From a virus: 64,000 nt of DNA. The DNA is taken from the UHGV virus genome UHGV-0018629; one strand, 5' to 3'. This document shows, piece after piece, positions 1 through 13,857 of this stretch. The position numbers were made by a program, and so were the translations under genes. The notes under the pieces are model-generated. The model was not told the DNA's origin, did not search any database, and worked only from the letters and a program-made list of their open reading frames with translations. Each line of letters starts with the position of its first letter. Position 1 is the stretch's first letter.

Positions 1-248
1 CCGTGGGTAGATGAACAGTTTTCAATATACCATTTACCATTTTTCTTGAAACCGTGATTTACAAGAATTGCGAATGGTGCTTGTTCATCATTTTTAGACG
101 GAAGAAAACGAATTACTGCTTGACCGTTACCCGCATTGTCGAGTTTCAGTTTCCACTCACCTTTATCTTCAGAAGAAAAACCACCTTTATTTCCAGCCAG
201 TTTAGCCATTTGTGCAGCGAGTTCAGCAGTAGATTTACGTTTAAACAT
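1..248 (-). CDS. 32: ssDNA-binding protein gp32, N-terminal part (gene runs off the window start)
   Basis: Minus-strand ATG at 246-248; translation [50 protein letters not shown]... matches T4 gp32 N-terminus. Confidence 0.85.
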   Translation of the reverse strand, partial: MFKRKSTAELAAQMAKLAGNKGGFSSEDKGEWKLKLDNAGNGQAVIRFLPSKNDEQAPFAILVNHGFKKNGKWYIENCSSTH

Positions 249-282
249 TTTTATTTCCTTTTTAATTTAATTAACAGTTGGT

Positions 283-314
283 GCTATGACGATGTATGAC
301 CTCATAGCTGGTCA
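283..314 (-). promoter_or_regulatory. gene 32 mRNA leader pseudoknot (autoregulatory translational operator)
   Basis: Minus-strand RNA UGACC-AGCUAUGA-GGUCA-UACAUCG-UCAUAGC gives two interleaved stems upstream of the gene 32 AUG, followed by an A/U-rich unstructured tract. Confidence 0.6.
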
Positions 315-322
315 GTGAGATA

Positions 323-347
323 ATTATAATCTATTTATAATAAGCAA
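323..347 (-). promoter_or_regulatory. gene 32 promoter cluster: MotA box TTGCTT (342-347), late TATAAATA (332-339), -10 TATAAT (323-328)
   Basis: Motifs read on minus strand directly upstream of the gene 32 leader; MotA box to -10 spacing 13 nt. Confidence 0.45.
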
Positions 348-1001
348 TTAATACTTACACGATTTCACAGTTTCAATGAAAACACTTTTAGCTTTCTGTG
401 AATCAATATTTAAAATTTTTCTATAAGCCTTTAACTTTATAGAATAATTATTCCAGACTAAATTATCAGTCTGTTCATCATGTTTATCAATTATATTTAA
501 AAACGAATCAAGCAAGATAAACGTCTCAAACGAAATTATATTCGATTGCAGAAGTTTAAAAATATAACTTGACTGAACCTTTGGATTGTATTCAAAAATT
601 TCTTTAAAAGCAGAAACTTCAACTTTTTTACTAAAATAATAAATGTTGCGAATATCTTCTTCAAACTTAAATTTAATTTGCTTTAAGCGTCCGATATATT
701 CACGATAAAACACAAGTGCATCAGCGTCAGAGATGTCACCAATCCAAGCATCTTGGTTAGCAACCAAATTGCTTATAAAGATTAAAGCAAGTTCCTTTAA
801 TTTATATTTTTCTGATAACTTCTGGAAAAAATACTTATCCCTTCGCTTTTGATAAGCGGCATCAGACACCCGCATGCACCAATTATACTTAATTACATCA
901 TACTTTCCATTCATATGCTGTTTTATCATTAAGTATAATTTATAAACTGATTTACCATCAATGTATCTTTCACCACCAGCAGGCATGCGGAGTTTAATCA
1001 T
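348..1001 (-). CDS. 59: helicase loader gp59
   Basis: 217-aa ORF, MIKLRMPAGGERYIDGKSVYKLYLMIKQHMNGKYDV...; same length and N-terminus as T4 gp59. Confidence 0.9.
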   Translation of the reverse strand: MIKLRMPAGGERYIDGKSVYKLYLMIKQHMNGKYDVIKYNWCMRVSDAAYQKRRDKYFFQKLSEKYKLKELALIFISNLVANQDAWIGDISDADALVFYREYIGRLKQIKFKFEEDIRNIYYFSKKVEVSAFKEIFEYNPKVQSSYIFKLLQSNIISFETFILLDSFLNIIDKHDEQTDNLVWNNYSIKLKAYRKILNIDSQKAKSVFIETVKSCKY

Positions 1002-1336
1002 AGTAGAAAATCTAATGTATTAGTTTTTTCACAACGAACAACAGAAGGACGTAAAAGATTTTCGTCAATAGCTTCTGACTGAATTTTTTCAATTATACCC
1101 GAAGGAATAAATTTAGCAAATTGAGTTTCAGGAATAGAATTTTCTTCTAAGAATGCTGTTGTAGCTTCAAGATAACTCATTCCAAACTCTTCTACCATTT
1201 TTTCAATAATAAATCCATTTTCTTGACGATCAAGAAGCTTTGCAATTTCATCTTTTTCTTTCTTAATTGAAAGTTCTTTTTCTGAAAGACCGGTCTCATC
1301 GACCGGACGAATATCATTTAGAGAAAACTGTGTCAT
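998..1336 (-). CDS. 33: late transcription co-activator gp33
   Basis: ORF track gives 115 aa from 1345; T4 gp33 is 112 aa starting MTQFSLNDIRPVDE, so start placed at internal Met. Confidence 0.8.
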   Translation of the reverse strand: MTQFSLNDIRPVDETGLSEKELSIKKEKDEIAKLLDRQENGFIIEKMVEEFGMSYLEATTAFLEENSIPETQFAKFIPSGIIEKIQSEAIDENLLRPSVVRCEKTNTLDFLL

Positions 1337-1583
1337 AAAGTTCAACTACCTCTTCAGTTTCAGCTTCAAACACATCACGGTTATCTTTATGATACAAAGC
1401 TAACAGACGATTAAACATCTTGCCATCAACACCAAGTTCATCTTTGGCGCGAATTCGAATATCTTTAATCAATTCATTATAACCAGAAATTTTCAGTTTA
1501 TGATCAGATGCTTCTTTAATAAATTTAGCCAAGTCTTCGCCATGAATAGCTTCATCAAATTCAACCATTTCTTTTTTAGCCAT
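1314..1583 (-). CDS. dsbA: dsDNA-binding protein DsbA (late transcription enhancer)
   Basis: 89-aa ORF MAKKEMVEFDEAIHGEDLAKFIKEASDHKLKISGY...; matches T4 DsbA size and position between 33 and rnh. Confidence 0.85.
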   Translation of the reverse strand: MAKKEMVEFDEAIHGEDLAKFIKEASDHKLKISGYNELIKDIRIRAKDELGVDGKMFNRLLALYHKDNRDVFEAETEEVVELYDTVFSK

Positions 1584-1591
1584 TATTCACC

Positions 1592-2509
1592 TCAAAATTC
1601 ATTAATGCTATTAGTTAATTTAGAAAGACCCGCTTTTACAAAATATGAATAAATTTTGCCACGCGGTGGTAATTTATATGAATTATAGTAATTCACGATG
1701 TTTGAAGCAATATTATCAGGAATATAATCAAAATCAATTAGAACTAGATTTTCTTTATATCGATTATATTCAGATTCAGTGAGAAGCACCTTAGCTTGCT
1801 CACGGTCATTAGCAATAGCTTCAACGATTGAAGTTTTCATTGAAGGGGTTCGTTCACCATCGACTTTGGTAAACCAAAAGTCAGATCGTACTTTAACTGA
1901 AGCAACGTTATCCTTTTTGTCGCCTTTAAGGATTTTAGTCATACAGTCAATTTCAGCAGAACCGCTTTTAATTTTAACCCATTTCTTATGCATCGGTGAC
2001 CATTGCTTAACATTTGGATATTTGTGAAGTTGAGTAAAGTCACCATCCGACGAAATGATTAAAATCTTATGTCCTTCTAAAGAGAACTTTTTAACAAGAA
2101 CAGCAATATGGTCATCTGCTTCATACTTATCGATATCCATAACAATGTATGGCATATAAGCTTTCAATTCATCTATAACTTTATGACTGGATTCAAAATA
2201 ACCTTCCCAGTCCCAAGTAGATTCTTCTCGTGCTTTTCCGCGGTTTTTCTTGTAATAATATGCGAAATCACGGCGCCAATATCCAGATTTCGCATTATCA
2301 ATACACAGCACGATTTTAGTGTATCCAAGCGTTTTTGCTTTTTTGACATTAAACTTAATTGAGTTCAATATCAAATGACGAACCATTGATAAATTAATTT
2401 TTTCTTTATCTGGAAAGTTTACCAAAGCAGTTGAAAGCGCAATTTGACTAAAGTCAATAAAGCAAATTCCTTCTTTGTAATCTTCATCCAGCATCATTTC
2501 TAAATCCAT
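1592..2509 (-). CDS. rnh: RNase H / 5'-3' flap exonuclease
   Basis: ORF track 310 aa; T4 RNase H is 305 aa starting MDLEMMLDEDYKEG, so start at internal Met; FEN-family acidic motifs. Confidence 0.85.
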   Translation of the reverse strand: MDLEMMLDEDYKEGICFIDFSQIALSTALVNFPDKEKINLSMVRHLILNSIKFNVKKAKTLGYTKIVLCIDNAKSGYWRRDFAYYYKKNRGKAREESTWDWEGYFESSHKVIDELKAYMPYIVMDIDKYEADDHIAVLVKKFSLEGHKILIISSDGDFTQLHKYPNVKQWSPMHKKWVKIKSGSAEIDCMTKILKGDKKDNVASVKVRSDFWFTKVDGERTPSMKTSIVEAIANDREQAKVLLTESEYNRYKENLVLIDFDYIPDNIASNIVNYYNSYKLPPRGKIYSYFVKAGLSKLTNSINEF

Positions 2510-2571
2510 ATGAACCTCGTTCAATTAGTGAGATTTCTATTATATACCATCCAAATCTTAAAGTAAACAAG

Positions 2572-2579
2572 TATAAATA
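2572..2579 (+). promoter_or_regulatory. T4-type late promoter TATAAATA for gene 34
   Basis: Exact TATAAATA 35 nt upstream of gene 34 ATG, followed by SD AGGAG. Confidence 0.5.
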
Positions 2580-2613
2580 CTTATTATTGAAAACACAATA
2601 GGAGCCCGGGAGA

Positions 2614-5600
2614 ATGGCCGAGATTAAAAGAAAGTTCAGAGCGGAAGACGGTCTGGACGCAGGTGGCGATAAAATAATCAACGTAGCTTTAGCTGATCGT
2701 ACCGTAGGAACTGACGGTGTTAACGTTGATTACTTAATTCAAGAAAACACAGTTCAACAATATGATCCAACTCGTGGATATTTAAAAGATTTTGTAATCA
2801 TTTATGATAACCGCTTTTGGGCTGCTATAAATGATATTCCAAAACCAGCAGGAGCTTTTAATAGTGTACGATGGAGAGCGTTACGTACTGATGCAAACTG
2901 GACAACTGTTTCGTCAGGACCTTATCAATTAAAATCAGGCGAATCAATTTCAGTTAACACTGCAGCGGGTAATGACATTACATTTACTTTGCCAACTTCT
3001 CCAATTGATGGAGATACTATCGTTCTTCAAGATATTGGTGGAAAACCTGGAGTTAACCAGGTTTTAATTACAGCTCCGGTACAAAGCATTGTAAACTTCA
3101 GAGGTCAACAAGTACGCTCAGTACTAATGACTCATCCAAAATCACAGATAGTTTTAATTTTTAGTAATCGTCTGTGGCAAATGTATGTTGCTGATTATAG
3201 CAGAGAAGCGGCAGTTGTAACGCCAGCGAGTCTTTATCAAGCGCAATCAAACGATTTTATCGTGCGTAGATTTACTTCTGCTTCAGCAATTAATATTAAA
3301 CTTCCGAGATTTGCTAATCACGGGGATATCATTAATTTCGTTGATTTGGATAAATTAAATCCTCTTTATCATACAATTGTTACTACATATGATGAAACGA
3401 CTTCAGTGCAAGAAGTTGGAACTCATTCCATTGAAGGCCGTACATCTATTGATGGTTTCTTGATGTTTGATGATAATGAGAAACTGTGGAGATTGTTTGA
3501 CGGGGATAGTAAAGCCCGTTTACGTATCATAACGACTAATTCAAACATTCGTCCAAATGAAGAAGTTATGGTATTTGGTGCGAATAATGGAACAACTCAA
3601 ACGATTGAACTTCAGCTTCCGACCGATATTTCCATTGGTGATACTGTTAAAATTTCCATGAATTATATGAGAAAAGGACAAACAGTTAAAATCAAAGCTG
3701 CCGGTGAAGATAAAATTGCTTCTTCAGTTCAATTGCTGCAATTCCCAAAACGTTCAGAATATCCGCCTGAAACTAAATGGGTGACTGTTCAAGAATTAGT
3801 TTTTAATGGTGAAACCAATTATGTTCCAGTTTTACAGCTTGCTTATATCGAAGATTCTGATGGAAAATATTGGGTTGTACAGCAAAACGTTCCAACTGTA
3901 GAAAGAGTAGACTCTTTAAATAATTCTACCAGAGCAAGATTAGGCGTAATTGCTTTAGCTACACAGGCTCAAGCTAATGCAGATTTAGAAAATTCTCCAC
4001 AAAAAGAATTAGCAATTACTCCAGAAACGTTAGCTAATCGTACTGCTACAGAAACTCGTAGAGGTATTGCAAGAATAGCAACAACTGCACAAGTTAACCA
4101 GGATACTACATTCTCTTTTGCAGATGACCTTATCATCACTCCTAAAAAGCTGAATGAAAGAACTGCTACAGAAACTCGCAGGGGTGTCGCTGAAATTGCT
4201 ACGCAGCAGGAAACTAACACAGGTACTGATGATACTACAATCATCACTCCTAAAAAGCTTCAAGCTCGACAAGGTTCTGAATCATTATCTGGTATTGTAA
4301 CCTTTGTATCTACTGCAGGAGCTACTCCAGCTTCTAGTCGTGAATTAAATGGTACAAATGTTTATAATAAAAACACTAATAATTTAGTTGTTTCGCCTAA
4401 AGCACTGGATCAATATAAAGCTACTCCAACGCAACAAGGTGCGGTAATTTTAGCAGTTGAAAGTGAAGTAATTGCTGGACAAAGCCAAGAAGGATGGGCA
4501 AATGCGGTTGTAACGCCAGAAACGTTACATAAAAAGACATCAACTGATGGAAGAATTGGTTTAATTGAAATTGCTACGCAAAGTGAAGTTAATACAGGAA
4601 CTGATTATACTCGTGCAGTCACTCCTAAAACTTTAAATGACCGTAAAGCAACTGAAAGTTTAAGTGGTATAGCTGAAATTGCTACACAAGTTGAATTCGA
4701 CGCAGGCGTCGACGATACTCGTATCTCTACACCATTAAAAATTAAAACCAGATTTAATAGTACTGATCGTACTTCTGTTGTTGCTCTATCTGGATTAGTT
4801 GAATCAGGAACTCTCTGGGACCATTATACCCTTAATATTCTTGAAGCAAATGAGACACAGCGTGGTACACTTCGTGTGGCTACACAAGTTGAAGCTGCTG
4901 CAGGAACATTAGATAATGTTCTAATAACTCCTAAAAAGCTTTTAGGTACTAAATCTACTGAAGCGCAAGAAGGCGTTATTAAAGTTGCAACTCAGGTTGA
5001 AACTGTAGCTGGAACGTCAGCAAATACTGCTGTATCTCCAAAAAATTTAAAATGGATTGTACAGAGTGAACCTACTTGGGCAGCAACTACTTTGGTAAGA
5101 GGTTTTGTTAAAACTTCATCTGGTTCAATTACATTCGTTGGTAATGATACCGTTGGTTCAACACAGTCATTAGAATTATACGAAAAAAATAGCTATGCAG
5201 TATCGCCATATGAATTAAACCGTGTATTAGCAAATTATTTGCCGTTAAAAGCAAAAGCTGCAGATAGTAATTTATTAGATGGTCTAGATTCATCTCAGTT
5301 CATTCGTAGGGATATTGCGCAGACGGTTAATGGTTCACTAACCTTAACCCAACAAACGAATCTGAGTGCCCCTCTTGTATCATCTAGTACTGCTACGTTT
5401 GGTGGGTCAGTTTCAGCAAATAGTACATTAACTATTTCTAATACTGGAACAGCAACTCGATTGATTTTTGAGAAAGGACCTCAAACTGGAACAAACCCAG
5501 CTCAAACGATGACTGTTAGAGTGTGGGGAAATCAATTTAGTGGGGAATCAGACACAACACGTTCTACCGTATTTGAAGTTAGTGATGAAACATCTAGTCA

Positions 5601-6483
5601 TTTTTATTCACAGCGCAATAAAGCCGGAAATATAACATTTAATATCAACGGTACAGTAACTCCGATAAATGTTAATGCTTCAGGAACATTGAATGCAAAT
5701 GGTGCAGCAACATTTGGTAATTCAGTTACTGCAAGCGGTGAAATTATTTCTCGAAGCGCGAATGCTTTCCGTGCTATTAACGGAAATTATGGTTTCATTG
5801 TTCGCAATGACGGATCAGTAACGAATTTTATGCTTACTGCATCAGGTGATCAGACTGGTGGATTTAATGGATTACGCCCATTAGCTATTAATAATGCATC
5901 TGGTCAAGTAACGATTGGTGAAAGCTTAATAATCGCCAAAGGTGCTACTATAAATTCAGGTGGTTTGACTGTTAACTCGAGAATTCGTTCTCAAGGTACT
6001 AAAACTTCTGATTTATATACCCGTGCGCCAACATCTGATACTGTAGGATTCTGGTCAATCGATATTAACGATTCAGCCACTTATAACCAATTCCCAGGTT
6101 ATTTTAAAATGGTTGAAAAAACTAATGAAGTGACTGGGCTTCCGTACTTAGAACGTGGCGAAGAAGTTAAATCTCCTGGTACATTAACTCAGTTTGGTAA
6201 CACACTTGATTCACTTTACCAAGATTGGATTACTTATCCAATAACTCCAGAAGCACGTACCACTCGCTGGACGCGTACATGGCAGAAAACCAAAAACTCT
6301 TGGTCAAGTTTTGTTCAGGTATTTGATGGAGGTAACCCTCCACAACCATCTGATATTGGTGCTTTACCATCTGATAATGCTACAATGGGGAATCTTACTA
6401 TTCGTGATTTCTTACGAATTGGTAATGTTCGCATTATTCCTGACCCAGTGAATAAAACTGTTAAATTTGAATGGGTTGAATAA
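2614..6483 (+). CDS. 34: long tail fibre proximal subunit gp34
   Basis: 1289-aa ORF (same length as T4 gp34), ATG with SD, position after rnh; repeat-rich fibre protein. Confidence 0.92.
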   Translation: MAEIKRKFRAEDGLDAGGDKIINVALADRTVGTDGVNVDYLIQENTVQQYDPTRGYLKDFVIIYDNRFWAAINDIPKPAGAFNSVRWRALRTDANWTTVSSGPYQLKSGESISVNTAAGNDITFTLPTSPIDGDTIVLQDIGGKPGVNQVLITAPVQSIVNFRGQQVRSVLMTHPKSQIVLIFSNRLWQMYVADYSREAAVVTPASLYQAQSNDFIVRRFTSASAINIKLPRFANHGDIINFVDLDKLNPLYHTIVTTYDETTSVQEVGTHSIEGRTSIDGFLMFDDNEKLWRLFDGDSKARLRIITTNSNIRPNEEVMVFGANNGTTQTIELQLPTDISIGDTVKISMNYMRKGQTVKIKAAGEDKIASSVQLLQFPKRSEYPPETKWVTVQELVFNGETNYVPVLQLAYIEDSDGKYWVVQQNVPTVERVDSLNNSTRARLGVIALATQAQANADLENSPQKELAITPETLANRTATETRRGIARIATTAQVNQDTTFSFADDLIITPKKLNERTATETRRGVAEIATQQETNTGTDDTTIITPKKLQARQGSESLSGIVTFVSTAGATPASSRELNGTNVYNKNTNNLVVSPKALDQYKATPTQQGAVILAVESEVIAGQSQEGWANAVVTPETLHKKTSTDGRIGLIEIATQSEVNTGTDYTRAVTPKTLNDRKATESLSGIAEIATQVEFDAGVDDTRISTPLKIKTRFNSTDRTSVVALSGLVESGTLWDHYTLNILEANETQRGTLRVATQVEAAAGTLDNVLITPKKLLGTKSTEAQEGVIKVATQVETVAGTSANTAVSPKNLKWIVQSEPTWAATTLVRGFVKTSSGSITFVGNDTVGSTQSLELYEKNSYAVSPYELNRVLANYLPLKAKAADSNLLDGLDSSQFIRRDIAQTVNGSLTLTQQTNLSAPLVSSSTATFGGSVSANSTLTISNTGTATRLIFEKGPQTGTNPAQTMTVRVWGNQFSGESDTTRSTVFEVSDETSSHFYSQRNKAGNITFNINGTVTPINVNASGTLNANGAATFGNSVTASGEIISRSANAFRAINGNYGFIVRNDGSVTNFMLTASGDQTGGFNGLRPLAINNASGQVTIGESLIIAKGATINSGGLTVNSRIRSQGTKTSDLYTRAPTSDTVGFWSIDINDSATYNQFPGYFKMVEKTNEVTGLPYLERGEEVKSPGTLTQFGNTLDSLYQDWITYPITPEARTTRWTRTWQKTKNSWSSFVQVFDGGNPPQPSDIGALPSDNATMGNLTIRDFLRIGNVRIIPDPVNKTVKFEWVE
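3990..5060 (+). repeat. degenerate tandem ~35-40 aa fibre repeats inside gene 34 (ITPxxL..RTATETRRG..IATQ.E.N.GTDDT)
   Basis: At least 8 successive units visible in the gp34 translation; nucleotide copies e.g. actgctacagaaactcg at ~4040 and ~4160. Confidence 0.6.
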
Positions 6484-6491
6484 GAGGTATT

Positions 6492-7607
6492 ATGGAAAAA
6501 TTTATGGCAAAGTTTGGACAAGGATACGTCCAAACGCCATTTTTATCGGAAAGCAATTCAGTAAGATATAAAATAAGCATAGCGGGTTCTTGCCCGCTTT
6601 CTACTGCAGGACCATACGTTAAATTTCAAGATAATCCTGTAGGAAGTCAAACATTTAGTGCAGGTCTTCATTTAAGAGTTTTTGACCCTTCCACGGGAGC
6701 ATTGGTTGATAGTAAGTCATATGCTTTTTCTACTTCAAATGATACAACATCTGCTGCTTTCGTTAGTTTCATGAATTCTTTTTCAAACAATAGACTTGTT
6801 GCTATATTAACTAGCGGAAAGGTTAATTTTCCTCCTGAAGTAGTATCATGGTTAAGAACAGCAGGAACATCTGCTTTTCCATCTGATTCTATATTGTCAA
6901 GATTTGATGTATCATATGCTGCTTTTTACACTTCTTCTAAAAGAGCTATTGCATTAGAGCATGTTAAACTGAGTAACAGAAAAAGCACAGATGACTATCA
7001 AACTATATTAGATGTAGTATTTGATAGTTTAGAAGATGTTGGAGCGACAGGATTTCCTAAAAGAACATATGAAAGCGTTGAGCAATTTATGTCAGCTGTT
7101 GGTGGAACTAATAACGAAATTGCGCGTTTACCAACTTCATCCGCGATAAGTAAACTTTCTGACTACAATTTAATTCCTGGAGATGTGCTTTATCTTAAAG
7201 CACAACTATATGCTGATGCTGATTTACTTGCTCTTGGAACTACGAATATATCCATTCGATTTTATAATGCATCAAATGGATATATTTCCTCAACACATGC
7301 TGAGTTTACTGGACAAGCTGGGTCTTGGGAATTAAAAGAAGATTATGTAGTTGTTCCTGAAAATGCAGTAGGATTTACGATATACGCACAGAGAACTGCA
7401 CAAGCGGGTCAAGGCGGTATGAGAAATTTAAGCTTTTCTGAAGTGTCAAGAAATGGCGGCATTTCAAAACCTGCTGAATTTGGCGTCAATGGTATTCGAG
7501 TTAATTATATCTGCGAATCTGCTTCACCTCCGGATATAATAGTACTTCCTACGCAAGCATCGTCTAAAACTGGTAAAGTGTTTGGACAAGAATTTAGAGA
7601 AGTTTAA
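6492..7607 (+). CDS. 35: long tail fibre hinge connector gp35
   Basis: 371-aa ORF MEKFMAKFGQGYVQTPFLSESNSVRYKISIAG..., immediately after gene 34. Confidence 0.9.
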   Translation: MEKFMAKFGQGYVQTPFLSESNSVRYKISIAGSCPLSTAGPYVKFQDNPVGSQTFSAGLHLRVFDPSTGALVDSKSYAFSTSNDTTSAAFVSFMNSFSNNRLVAILTSGKVNFPPEVVSWLRTAGTSAFPSDSILSRFDVSYAAFYTSSKRAIALEHVKLSNRKSTDDYQTILDVVFDSLEDVGATGFPKRTYESVEQFMSAVGGTNNEIARLPTSSAISKLSDYNLIPGDVLYLKAQLYADADLLALGTTNISIRFYNASNGYISSTHAEFTGQAGSWELKEDYVVVPENAVGFTIYAQRTAQAGQGGMRNLSFSEVSRNGGISKPAEFGVNGIRVNYICESASPPDIIVLPTQASSKTGKVFGQEFREV

Positions 7608-7612
7608 ATTGA

Positions 7613-7639
7613 GGGAGCCTTCGGGTTCCCTTTTTCTTT
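7613..7639 (+). terminator. rho-independent terminator-like hairpin after gene 35
   Basis: GGGAGCC-TTCG-GGTTCCC stem-loop followed by TTTTTCTTT. Confidence 0.5.
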
Positions 7640-7646
7640 ATAAATA
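7639..7646 (+). promoter_or_regulatory. T4-type late promoter TATAAATA for gene 36
   Basis: Exact TATAAATA 24 nt upstream of gene 36 ATG. Confidence 0.5.
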
Positions 7647-7669
7647 CTATTAAAATAAAGGGGCATACA

Positions 7670-8326
7670 ATGGCTGATTTAAAAGTAGGTTCAACAACTG
7701 GAGGCTCTGTCATTTGGCATCAAGGAAATTTTCCATTGAATCCAGCCGGTGACGATGTACTCTATAAATCATTTAAAATATATTCAGAATACAATAAACC
7801 ACAAGCTGTTGATAACGATTTCGTTTCTAAAGCTAATGGCGGTACTTATTTAAATAAAGTAATTTTTAATAAAGGAATGACTGTTCCTGGTGCTGGGTCA
7901 GGTGACAATGGTATTTTTGCCGGTCCTGGTGATAATGCCACGTATGATACTACAAATATGGATATTGTTTCATGGTATGGTATCGGCTTTAAATCATCAC
8001 AAGGAACAGCAGGTAGAACTGTAGTAATTAACACACGAAACGGAGATATTAGCTCAAAGGGTGTAATTGAAGCATCACAAATACGCGCAACTTCATTATC
8101 CCCAGTAAATAATTATGACCTTACGAGAAAAGATTATGTTGATGGAGCAATAAATATTGTTACAACAAACGCAAACTCTAGGGTGTTACGCTCTGGAGAC
8201 ACTATGACAGGAAATTTAACTGCGCCAAACCTTTTTTCACAGAATCCTGCATCTCAACCCTCACATGTTCCGCGATTTGACCAAATCGTAATTAAGGATT
8301 CTGTTCAAGATTTCGGCTATTATTAA
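7670..8326 (+). CDS. 36: long tail fibre distal connector gp36
   Basis: 218-aa ORF between 35 and 37; T4 gp36 is ~221 aa. Confidence 0.88.
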   Translation: MADLKVGSTTGGSVIWHQGNFPLNPAGDDVLYKSFKIYSEYNKPQAVDNDFVSKANGGTYLNKVIFNKGMTVPGAGSGDNGIFAGPGDNATYDTTNMDIVSWYGIGFKSSQGTAGRTVVINTRNGDISSKGVIEASQIRATSLSPVNNYDLTRKDYVDGAINIVTTNANSRVLRSGDTMTGNLTAPNLFSQNPASQPSHVPRFDQIVIKDSVQDFGYY

Positions 8327-8334
8327 GAGGACTT

Positions 8335-12457
<4,123 letters not shown>

Positions 12458-12487
12458 TTTGAATAAATATCCTTAAAAGGAGGGTCT

Positions 12488-13144
12488 ATGGCAGCACCTA
12501 GAATATCATTTTCGCCCTCTGATATTCTGTTTGGTGTTCTAGATCGCTTGTTCAAAGATAACGCTACCGGGAAAGTTCTTGCTTCCCGGGTAGCTGTCGT
12601 AATTCTTTTGTTTATAATGGCGATTGTTTGGTATAGGGGAGATAGTTTCTTTGAGTACTATAAGCAATCAAAGTATGAAACATACAGTGAAATTATTGAA
12701 AAGGAAAGAAATGCACGCTTTGAATCTGTCGCCCTGGAACAACTCCAGATAGTTCATATATCATCTGAGGCAGACTTTAGTGCGGTGTATTCTTTCCGCC
12801 CTAAAAACTTAAACTATTTTGTTGATATTATAGCATATGAAGGAAAATTACCTTCAACAATAAGCGAAAAATCACTTGGAGGATATCCTGTTGATAAAAC
12901 TATGGATGAATATGCAGTTCATTTAAATGGACGTCATTATTATTCCAATTCAAAATTTGCTTTTTTACCAACCAAAAAGCCTACTCCCGAAATAAATTAC
13001 ATGTACAGTTGTCCATATTTTAATTTGGATAATATCTATGCTGGAACAATAACCATGTACTGGTATAGAAATGATCATATAAGTAATGACCGCCTTGAAT
13101 CAATATGTGCTCAGGCGGCCAGAATATTAGGAAGGGCTAAATAA
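12488..13144 (+). CDS. t: holin T
   Basis: 218-aa ORF MAAPRISFSPSDILFGVLDRLFKDNATGKVLASRVAVVILLFIMAIVWY...; single TMD then large periplasmic domain, as T4 holin. Confidence 0.9.
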   Translation: MAAPRISFSPSDILFGVLDRLFKDNATGKVLASRVAVVILLFIMAIVWYRGDSFFEYYKQSKYETYSEIIEKERNARFESVALEQLQIVHISSEADFSAVYSFRPKNLNYFVDIIAYEGKLPSTISEKSLGGYPVDKTMDEYAVHLNGRHYYSNSKFAFLPTKKPTPEINYMYSCPYFNLDNIYAGTITMYWYRNDHISNDRLESICAQAARILGRAK

Positions 13145-13417
13145 TTATTTGTTTGTATACATTTCTAGATATCGATATACACCTTCAAAACCCTCGTTGA
13201 ATTCGTCGATGAGGGTTTTCTTATCTTCTTGAGTTAATTCAGAAACAATTTTACGGAATGAATTCTGATTCAACTTTCTACCTTCATGCGTTACTCCAAT
13301 CTCATTCAGAAATGCAATAAAATTAGCACGATTCTCAACAATATCTTCTCGGGAAAATTTAATTAAAATAGACGCAACAGTAATAATTTCACGAATTGTA
13401 TCAATATTCTTATTCAT
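13145..13417 (-). CDS. asiA: anti-sigma70 factor AsiA
   Basis: 90-aa ORF MNKNIDTIREIITVASILIKFSREDIVENRANFIAFLNEIGV...; essentially identical to T4 AsiA. Confidence 0.9.
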   Translation of the reverse strand: MNKNIDTIREIITVASILIKFSREDIVENRANFIAFLNEIGVTHEGRKLNQNSFRKIVSELTQEDKKTLIDEFNEGFEGVYRYLEMYTNK

Positions 13418-13582
13418 TAATTATACCACTCAATTAGTTGACTTTATTATAGTATCATCAGACACTTGATTTGTAAACTGGTCTGTGTTATTTTCTTCAA
13501 AAATTTTTTCTACGAATTCCTTGAACGACTCACGTTCCTGAGCTACATTATGCTCGATTACCTTTTCAAGATTATGACTCAT
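13418..13582 (-). CDS. hypothetical 54-aa protein (asiA.1-like position)
   Basis: Unlisted short ORF MSHNLEKVIEHNVAQERESFKEF...; ATG overlaps arn stop (ATGA), stop abuts asiA ATG; contains an early promoter, so coding status uncertain. Confidence 0.35.
13449..13478 (-). promoter_or_regulatory. T4 early-type promoter (GTTTACA -35, 17-nt spacer, TACTAT -10) upstream of asiA
   Basis: Read on minus strand; A/T-rich UP-like tract further upstream. Confidence 0.5.
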
Positions 13583-13857
13583 TCGAAATAATCTTCAATT
13601 TCGTAATCATGGACGTAAATCATTATAGTTTTTAATACATCATCAATACTTTTTCCTGGAGCTGGAATTACGTAAAAATATCCCGCCTTTGAGTTATCTT
13701 TATAAGTTCCAACCAAGAAATCATTATTCTCGAGATGTAGTTCTTCAACTAATTCATTAACAATTGAGTGGTATAAATTTGGTAGTAACTTGTATAGCTT
13801 TTCTAGAATATCAATTTTGATTGTGTATTGAACCACAGACTGAGAATCAATAATCAT
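13579..13857 (-). CDS. arn: anti-restriction nuclease Arn
   Basis: 92-aa ORF MIIDSQSVVQYTIKIDILEKLYKLLPNLYHSIVNELVEELHLENNDF...; size and position match T4 Arn. Confidence 0.75.
   Translation of the reverse strand: MIIDSQSVVQYTIKIDILEKLYKLLPNLYHSIVNELVEELHLENNDFLVGTYKDNSKAGYFYVIPAPGKSIDDVLKTIMIYVHDYEIEDYFE

Noticed and set aside
1779-2362. Plus-strand ORFs (1779..2027, 2108..2362) inside rnh
   Set aside because: Antisense to a well-supported gene, no RBS, low-complexity composition; chance open frames.
3969-4272. Minus-strand ORFs inside gene 34
   Set aside because: They are the antisense translation of the gp34 tandem repeats; no start context.
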